64,000 nucleotides of DNA, from positions 6,563 through 70,562 of the IMG/VR virus record IMGVR_UViG_3300002485_000004, one strand, 5' to 3'. Shown piece by piece: positions 58,190-64,000 of this stretch (the stretch's first letter is position 1; each line of letters opens with the position of its first letter). The stretch comes from a virus. Lineage: Duplodnaviria > Caudoviricetes. The notes below the pieces were generated by a model, which was not told where the DNA came from, did not search any database, and saw nothing but the letters and a program-made list of their open reading frames with translations. The translations under genes were made by a program, and so were the position numbers.

Positions 58190-58573
58190 ATGTACATCCG
58201 TAAGATCGAGAACCGGTTCGAGACCAGCACCAACGGCAAGGACTACACCTCGTTGAACGAGCCGCTGCCGGCGAAGATCATGCGCTGCTTCGAGAAGACT
58301 GATGCGCGGACAGTCTACTGCGCGTCCAGCTTCTTGGGAGTGAACGAGGCCCACATGATCACCCCCCTCGATGGGAAAACGTCAGCATGGGCCACCGAAG
58401 CGCTTCCGGCGCGCACCCCCACCCGGGTGCGGTACGTGCAGGTTCGCAGCCACGCGGACACCGAGGCCGAGGTGTGGTGGCTGTGGGCCGGGTTCACCTT
58501 CGTGTGGATCTGGGTGCTGCTCATCTACGCGGCAGCGGCCGCTGGCAGCGCCAAGAGCGACACCGCGACGTGA
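58190..58573 (+). CDS. Hypothetical protein with C-terminal TM helix
   Basis: GGAGG SD; WWLWAGFTFVWIWVLLIYAAA. Confidence 0.65.
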   Translation: MYIRKIENRFETSTNGKDYTSLNEPLPAKIMRCFEKTDARTVYCASSFLGVNEAHMITPLDGKTSAWATEALPARTPTRVRYVQVRSHADTEAEVWWLWAGFTFVWIWVLLIYAAAAAGSAKSDTAT

Positions 58574-58575
58574 AC

Positions 58576-58623
58576 AACGACACCCGCAAGGGTGCAGCCC
58601 CTTCGGGGGCCGTTCGCTACCCC
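58576..58623 (+). terminator. Three-way junction + CTACCC element
   Basis: AACG/CGTT stem; CACCC-GCAA-GGGTG, CA linker, GCCCC-TTCG-GGGGC. Confidence 0.65.
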
Positions 58624-58778
58624 CATTTCAACGCCTGCAAAAGTGGGGGTAAAGAAGAGATAACAACTGTGGAGGGAAAAGCCCGCGTTGTTGGTCCCCC
58701 CGGCTTGAGTCGGCTGCCCAGGTGTTCCTCCACCTCCTTCCTGGGCAGTCGGCTCGGCCCCTATCTAAGGGCCTTCTT

Positions 58779-60056
58779 CTAGCCTTCGATTTCGGTGAAG
58801 GCCAAGCCGGTGATTGCACAGACGTATGGGGCTCCAGTCGCCTCTCGGTACTGAACCAGCATGTTCTCCGTGATGGCCTGATACTCTCCCCAGTTCAGGT
58901 CCTTTGGGACTGCGCATCCATACTGCCGCAGCCCCCATAAACTCACGGCGCAGTTTGCCTGCAGGAAGTAGAACCCGATGACGGCCATCCCCTTCCCACT
59001 ACTCCAGGTGACACCTGAGAAACGCTCGTGCCCGCACCCACCACATAGCCACGTTGAGATGCCGTTGGGGTTGGTGAAGCAGAACTCACGGCGCCTGCAA
59101 CATGGGCAGGGGTCAAGAGGTAGCCGAGGCTCTCTTTGCTCCAGGTCTGGACTGGGCACGTGCCCCCTTCTCCTTGTTGACGAAGCCGCGGATGGCCTCG
59201 ACGGCGTGCTTCTTGTGCTCGTAGTACCTGCCGAACCCATCCTTCCCGGAGGCGTGCTTGGTCTGGTACGCAATCCAGCGAGCGAGGAGGGGCTTTGGCA
59301 TCATGCGCTCCTCCAAGTCGGCGACCACCTGCAGAGAGTAGGTGACGTACCACATACCATCGCGCAGGTCAGGAGTCAGAGTCAAGCTTCCGATCTTCAC
59401 GATACTTCTCCTTCAGTTCGTAGTACCTCACTGACGCGGAGTACCCGCGGTACAGCAAGAAGCTGATGCTTGCGCCATTGACCGCGTAGATAAACCACGG
59501 CGGACTCGTAGTAGAAAGCACGATAGTCATTATCGCAATAAGCCCAGCAACAACGTACAGGACTAGCATGTTGATCAGTTCAACGAGCATATGACCCCGT
59601 ACCGTCACCCGGACCTCCGGATACTTTCCTTCACTGCGAAGTACGCCGACACCACGCTGGGAGCCATGACCAGAAGGCACGCAACCACCACGGTCTTCTG
59701 GACACTCGAGGCTTTGGAAGTAATGAGCACACAGATCACCGCAATCGATGCTACGAACCCAATGACCATGGTGGCCAAGTTCACCCACATCTCGTCTCTA
59801 TCCGCCCTGTTCATCAGTTCTTCCTCTCCTTAGCCGGATTGTAGTTGCTGAAGACCACCCCGAACATCTTGTACATGTGCCGAGCTCGTTCGATAGAGCG
59901 TTGGAGCTCTTCGAGCCCCTCTTGTCGGGCTATAGCCTGTCGTATCGCATCACTCACCAAGAGGATGGCGGCCAGGTGCTCAGCTGCATCACCCTCGGCG
60001 TTGACGATGACGTCGAGCAGCTCCTGAGCCAAGCTCGTGATTCGGTTGTTGGCCAC
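58779..60056 (-). other. Five small hypothetical ORFs, two of them membrane proteins
   Basis: 58779-59159, 59113-59400, 59369-59590, 59605-59814, 59814-60056. Confidence 0.55.
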
Positions 60057-60077
60057 AACCACCTCCTTTGCCGCTGT

Positions 60078-60114
60078 TGTTATACCGCAAAGTAGCGAGT
60101 ACTTGTGGCATAAA
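60078..60114. promoter_or_regulatory. Interlocked bidirectional promoter
   Basis: Plus strand: ACCGCA(60084-89)-N17-GGCATAAA(60107). Minus strand: GCCACA(60109-04)-N17-GGTATAAC(60086). Confidence 0.6.
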
Positions 60115-60132
60115 AGAAGTGGAGGAACAACC

Positions 60133-60324
60133 ATGAGCAACAAGGCAAGAGAAGAAGCTAAGTTGGTGGATGCTGTCTTCGAAGACGGCACATGGATAGC
60201 GCGCGTCAGTCACCGCCAAGTGCGGGAGTACCTGGTGGGGATCGCCTCCACCCGGGAAGAGGCGATCAGAAACGCCTTCGCGCGCGTCACCATGCGCGCG
60301 CGAGGAGCGCAGCAGGGCTGCTGA
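60133..60324 (+). CDS. Small hypothetical protein (single-gene cassette)
   Basis: GGAGG SD; followed by a three-way-junction element. Confidence 0.6.
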   Translation: MSNKAREEAKLVDAVFEDGTWIARVSHRQVREYLVGIASTREEAIRNAFARVTMRARGAQQGC

Positions 60325-60372
60325 ATGGCGCCGCGCAAGCGGTGCGGCCCCACCCGGGGCCTTCAGCTAGCC
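60321..60372 (+). terminator. Three-way junction + CTAGCC element
   Basis: CTGAA/TTCAG stem; CGCCGC-GCAA-GCGGTG and GCCCC-ACCC-GGGGC. Confidence 0.6.
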
Positions 60373-60377
60373 CCACT

Positions 60378-61030
60378 TCACTCTTCTTCGAGTGACTCGA
60401 GAGAGACCATCTCTACAGAGTATTCGCTGTAGTAGGAGTTGTCGCACCCATCCTGCTTCTTGCGACGCTCCGCTGGTCTTCCCGCCATCTTGATGGCCCG
60501 TGGGGTGAACAGCTTCACCTTCTCACGAACGTAATCGGGATCGAGGTCCAGCTGCTCGCACGCGCACAGGAAGCTGGTGAGCTGCATCCCCTCTTGCTCA
60601 CGCTGTATCCACCAAGGATGCCCTGGCTTCTCCTCGAACAGCCACGTGTAGGCGTTGTTGGCCAGCTCGAGCTGCTCGAGACGGCTGCTAGAGCGGTAGA
60701 GCACCCAGTCGTGCGCAGCGCGACGAATGAGCTCAAGAAGCAGAGCTCGTGCGTGTTCAGCCTCGTAAGCTGCATCCAGCGGCTCTGGTCCCCATGAGGA
60801 CTCATCTACCGCTGCGTCTTGTTCCTCTGCCAGCTCTTCCTGCGACGGCACCTTTACAGGAGCAGGAGTGGGCTGAGGTGTGGGGCGTGGGCCCCACAGT
60901 AGCTCCAGCGTCTCAAGTATCTCGGCCCCAAACGACTCTAAGAGGTCGTCCCTGCCTAGCCCCTTGGCTATCTTCGCGACTACCCGAAGCGCGCCGAAGG
61001 CTACTTCTTGAAGCTGTTGGTTGTGGGTCA
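60378..61030 (-). CDS. Hypothetical protein (start uncertain)
   Basis: The C-terminal part ALLLELIRRAAHDW...SFLCACEQLDLDPDYVR looks coding; the track ORF's 5' extension overlaps 61028-61924. Confidence 0.55.
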
Positions 61031-61924
61031 GACCACGGAGATCTGAACTTCGGATCCCAAGATATACGTCACGTACGGGATCTGGACGATTGTCTTGTCT
61101 CGGCGCGACGCACGCAACGTGGTCGTTCCTGCTTTCAACCCCCGCAGCGACAACTGCGTCTGGTTTGCTGTCAACGACACCACTGTCTTGTCGCTCATCT
61201 CCCACGTCACGTCGGACAGCGCCGTCCCCTCGAGGAGGATGCCACTCGACGTGCGGACGGATGGGGTGATCGAAAGTGTACTTCCAATCGATAGCTGAGT
61301 CGGAAGTGCCTCCAGGTAGGAAATGGAGCTCACCACTGCGAAGAGCAGATCTGGCAAGTTCACACTCGAAGAGTCCGGTACGGAAACCGTTCTCCCTTGG
61401 TCTTCCCAAGCCTCCACTGTCACTGAGTACTTCGCGCATCGGATGAGGTCTATACAGGCGTACCCGCTGCCGTCGGTCCGAATCGCCCTCTTGTCAGGGA
61501 GGACTCCTGCCTGGTCTAGCAGAACTGGACCGAATGCTCCAGTGAAGATGATGTCCAGCCCGCTGTGCGCTTGACCCGTCACCGTCCTGAAGTATCCAGA
61601 CGCCCGGCACAGCAACGGGTCCCTCGAAACAGGTCTGTTGAGCTCCTGTGCGTACACCTGAAATGAGTTGAGCAAAGGCGCCCCGTTTGGTCCCTCTTGT
61701 ACAGAGATGAGCTGCGGTTGTTGTACCGATGCCTTGAACTTGTAGAACCGAAGGCTGTACTCGAGGGTGTACAAAAGGAACCCAGCCCTACCCGCAGAGT
61801 CGGTGGTCCCCTCGGTGTAGAGCATGGTCCCACCCTTGTCGTAGACGCGTACGAGCACCCCCGACACCGGCTCCCTCGTCTCGGAGTTCAACACGTACAC
61901 GTCGACTTGCTGGTAGCTGGCCAT
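61028..61924 (-). CDS. Virion structural protein with carboxypeptidase-regulatory-like and Ig-like (Big_2) domains
   Basis: PVSGVLVRVYD...GTTDSAGRA; C-terminal VTWEMSDKTVVSL...LRGLKAGTTTLRAS. Confidence 0.65.
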   Translation of the reverse strand: MASYQQVDVYVLNSETREPVSGVLVRVYDKGGTMLYTEGTTDSAGRAGFLLYTLEYSLRFYKFKASVQQPQLISVQEGPNGAPLLNSFQVYAQELNRPVSRDPLLCRASGYFRTVTGQAHSGLDIIFTGAFGPVLLDQAGVLPDKRAIRTDGSGYACIDLIRCAKYSVTVEAWEDQGRTVSVPDSSSVNLPDLLFAVVSSISYLEALPTQLSIGSTLSITPSVRTSSGILLEGTALSDVTWEMSDKTVVSLTANQTQLSLRGLKAGTTTLRASRRDKTIVQIPYVTYILGSEVQISVV

Positions 61925-62973
61925 CAGATGCTCCTGCGCTCGGCGTAGACGACGTTGGGGACCTGCACAGTGAAAACGTCGTCCATCGTACCGAAGTCAT
62001 CCCCCAAAAGCGGGAAGGACTGCACCCCCTGGTCTTCAGGGGCCACGATGTCCCTCACGATGTCCGTCCCCGAGATGGACACCGTGTACTGAACCCCCCT
62101 CACCAAGGTGAACTGCACGTTACCGTTACGGTCCGTGACCTTCGTGTCCTGGTAGCCAGTAACCAACTTGCCCTCCACCAAGCTGCCACGCGTGGGCGAA
62201 TAGACGCTCACCCGGCGCCCAGTAAGGGGGCGACCGTCGGACTTTACCAGGTAGAGGTAGCCAACCACCGTGCTGGCCTGCGTGAGCCCCATGGACCCGG
62301 TGACGGGCAGCGGCAGACTGAACTCGCTCGCCGTCCCCAGCGCCTGGTTGAAGAGGCGTGTGCGGTAGTAGCTGTCCTGCGTCCCCCGCAGGTCGACGAA
62401 CCGGTAGGTGGCCCTCCCGTTGATGATGTTGATCCTGGCGTCCTGCCCCACACCCTGCGAGCTGGGCAGTTCCATGGGTAGGTTGAAGAGGGCTGCAGCC
62501 TCCCCGCCCACCACCTCGAGGACTGCCCCCGTGCCCGGACGAACACCTTCCAGTACCAGCAGAATCTCACCGGTGGTCGCCACCTGGGCCACGTAAGCCC
62601 TGAAGCGCCCCACCCCTGCAGCTGTGAGCTCCGCCGCCGCCTCCGCGTAGGTAATGGGGTCTGGCCCCGCCAGCACCACCTCGATGTCCTCGCTGTCGTC
62701 CAGGCGAAGAAGGAAGCTGGTGCCAGCTGCAAGGACCTGCGGCCCCACCACTGGCACCGCTGGCTCATCCGGCGCGTCACGAGGCACGCGTGCCGGGCGC
62801 CAAGCATCAGAGGTGAGCTCATAGTACGGACCATTGGCAGTGGAGTCAGACCTCCACACCTGAATCTGGTCAAAGCCTTGTACTTCTTCCTCACGCACTA
62901 CCACGGTGAGGGTGACGACCTCGGAGATGGCCGCTTCATCTCCTACGATCGGCTGGATGATGATGGTGCTCAT
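61924..62973 (-). CDS. Probable virion structural protein (Ig / transthyretin-like C-terminus)
   Basis: DGRPLTGRRVSV...TDRNGNVQFTLVRGVQYTVSISGT. Confidence 0.55.
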   Translation of the reverse strand: MSTIIIQPIVGDEAAISEVVTLTVVVREEEVQGFDQIQVWRSDSTANGPYYELTSDAWRPARVPRDAPDEPAVPVVGPQVLAAGTSFLLRLDDSEDIEVVLAGPDPITYAEAAAELTAAGVGRFRAYVAQVATTGEILLVLEGVRPGTGAVLEVVGGEAAALFNLPMELPSSQGVGQDARINIINGRATYRFVDLRGTQDSYYRTRLFNQALGTASEFSLPLPVTGSMGLTQASTVVGYLYLVKSDGRPLTGRRVSVYSPTRGSLVEGKLVTGYQDTKVTDRNGNVQFTLVRGVQYTVSISGTDIVRDIVAPEDQGVQSFPLLGDDFGTMDDVFTVQVPNVVYAERRSI

Positions 62974-62982
62974 GCGAGTATT

Positions 62983-63204
62983 CTACTCGCTGCCGGTCAG
63001 GAATGCCTCGATTTCATCCACCAGCAAAGCGGACGCTTGCTTCGTGGTCTCATCCTGCAGCCGCTGAGGTCCATTGCGCCCCTTCAGGATGTTCTGCGCA
63101 AGCTTGACCTGGTCTTCAAGACGGCGCCGGTGCTTGTCCCGCCATTGCTTGGTGGCCACCTCCAGCTCATCCAGAACCTCGTCCCGTCTCTGTTTGTCCG
63201 TCAT
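62983..63204 (-). CDS. Small hypothetical protein
   Basis: 73-aa helical ORF. Confidence 0.55.
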   Translation of the reverse strand: MTDKQRRDEVLDELEVATKQWRDKHRRRLEDQVKLAQNILKGRNGPQRLQDETTKQASALLVDEIEAFLTGSE

Positions 63205-63267
63205 TTGTCACCGTAACGCTGAGCGCTGTAAGCCCGACGTTTTGCGCAGGGCCGTCGTGGTGGGCGA

Positions 63268-63441
63268 GTCTCGGAGTCAGCCGAGCCTGGTAAAGATTGA
63301 AAGATTGTGAGCTGGGCGCGGCGCGCGATCGATTCCGAAGTCTGCAGTCCCGGAGACAGCCGGGTCTGGTATGTGCTGTGAAGTGGCGAACAAGAGCGGG
63401 CCGGGGATGTGGTTCAAGTCTCGGAAACAGCCGGGCCTGGT
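63268..63441 (-). CRISPR. Mini-array C: 3 repeats, spacers of 47 and 55 nt
   Basis: Repeats at 63418-63441, 63347-63370 (identical to the repeat at 33877) and 63268-63291; starts 5 nt after the rnhB stop. Confidence 0.75.
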
Positions 63442-63446
63442 AAGTA

Positions 63447-64000
63447 TCAGCAAAACTTGTAGCTGCGGCGATGAATGGGGCACATCCCATGTAGGCGAAT
63501 GCCCTCTGCGTGCTTTGGGGTACCGTAGCCCTTGTTGCTCTCCCAGTCGTACTGAGGATAGCACTTGGCGTACTCCAGCATGTACCCGTCACGAGTGGTC
63601 TTGGCTACTACGCTAGCCGCGCTCACCGCCGGAACAATAACGTCTGCCTTCGGCACCAGCACGGGCTTGATGCTGCTCCACGACGGCAAGTTCATCTTGT
63701 TGCCGTCCATCACCACCACGTAGGTGGCTTCTGGTGGGAGCGTTCCAATCAGGTGCTCTGCCACACTTTGGTTCAAGCGGCTGAGGGACACGGTCACGCT
63801 CTCCTCATCCAAGAGAGCAGCCTCACAGCTAAGAGTAAAGACGGGGATGCCTTGCTCCCGAAGGGTTACAACGGCCTTCTCCCTGCGCAGCTCCGTGAGC
63901 TTCTTGGAGTCGCGTACTCCGTCGCAGCGCCAGCCGCAGGGGGTGATGGAACCCCCCACGACTAGCGGCCCAGCCCAGGCGCCGTACCCTACCTCATCAA
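63447..64000 (-). CDS. rnhB: Ribonuclease HII (5' end outside the window)
   Basis: DEVGYGAWAGPLVV, RDSKKL, MDGN, KAD...VSAASVVAK, NKGYGT...IHRRSY. Confidence 0.92.
   Translation of the reverse strand, partial: DEVGYGAWAGPLVVGGSITPCGWRCDGVRDSKKLTELRREKAVVTLREQGIPVFTLSCEAALLDEESVTVSLSRLNQSVAEHLIGTLPPEATYVVVMDGNKMNLPSWSSIKPVLVPKADVIVPAVSAASVVAKTTRDGYMLEYAKCYPQYDWESNKGYGTPKHAEGIRLHGMCPIHRRSYKFC

Noticed and set aside
55940-60372. Integron attC cassette array
   Set aside because: No RYYYAAC/GTTRRRY core sites, the elements are branched rather than one long hairpin, and there is no integrase in the window.
61031-61439. 5' extension of the 353-aa ORF 60378-61439
   Set aside because: It overlaps the well-supported structural gene 61028-61924 in another frame.
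1-64000. Stop-codon recoding
   Set aside because: Recognisable genes (ligase, RNase HII, TnpB-like, AAA+) read through intact under code 11, all three stops are used, and no suppressor tRNA was seen.

Overview
This is a GC-rich, gene-dense segment of a large (probably jumbo) tailed-phage genome. It holds baseplate and lysis genes (1-8 kb), a tRNA/tmRNA cluster (9-11.4 kb), long runs of small accessory ORFs (11.5-52 kb, 55-60 kb) and further structural genes plus RNase HII (52-64 kb). The standout is a candidate miniature phage-encoded type V CRISPR-like system. A 448-aa TnpB/Cas12f-sized RuvC protein with intact D-E-D residues and no transposase or IS ends (32513-33859) is followed 17 bp later by an array of 24-nt hairpin repeats (consensus ACCAGGCCCGGCTGWCTCCGGGAC, compensatory stem changes, 36-49 nt spacers). 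Two further mini-arrays of the same repeat lie far away (8283-8370 and 63268-63441). A ~260-nt structured intergenic RNA (18393-18652) carries a split anti-repeat-like segment. Other findings: an ACP-like protein with the phosphopantetheine Ser replaced by Glu, a tmRNA with an atypical tag, an NDT/coiled-coil/DUF2829(Tad2)-like fusion, a MITE-like element with 8-bp target duplication, a half ThyX, and a recurring promoter plus three-way-junction cassette. All calls come from reading the sequence by eye; no database searches or folding programs were run.
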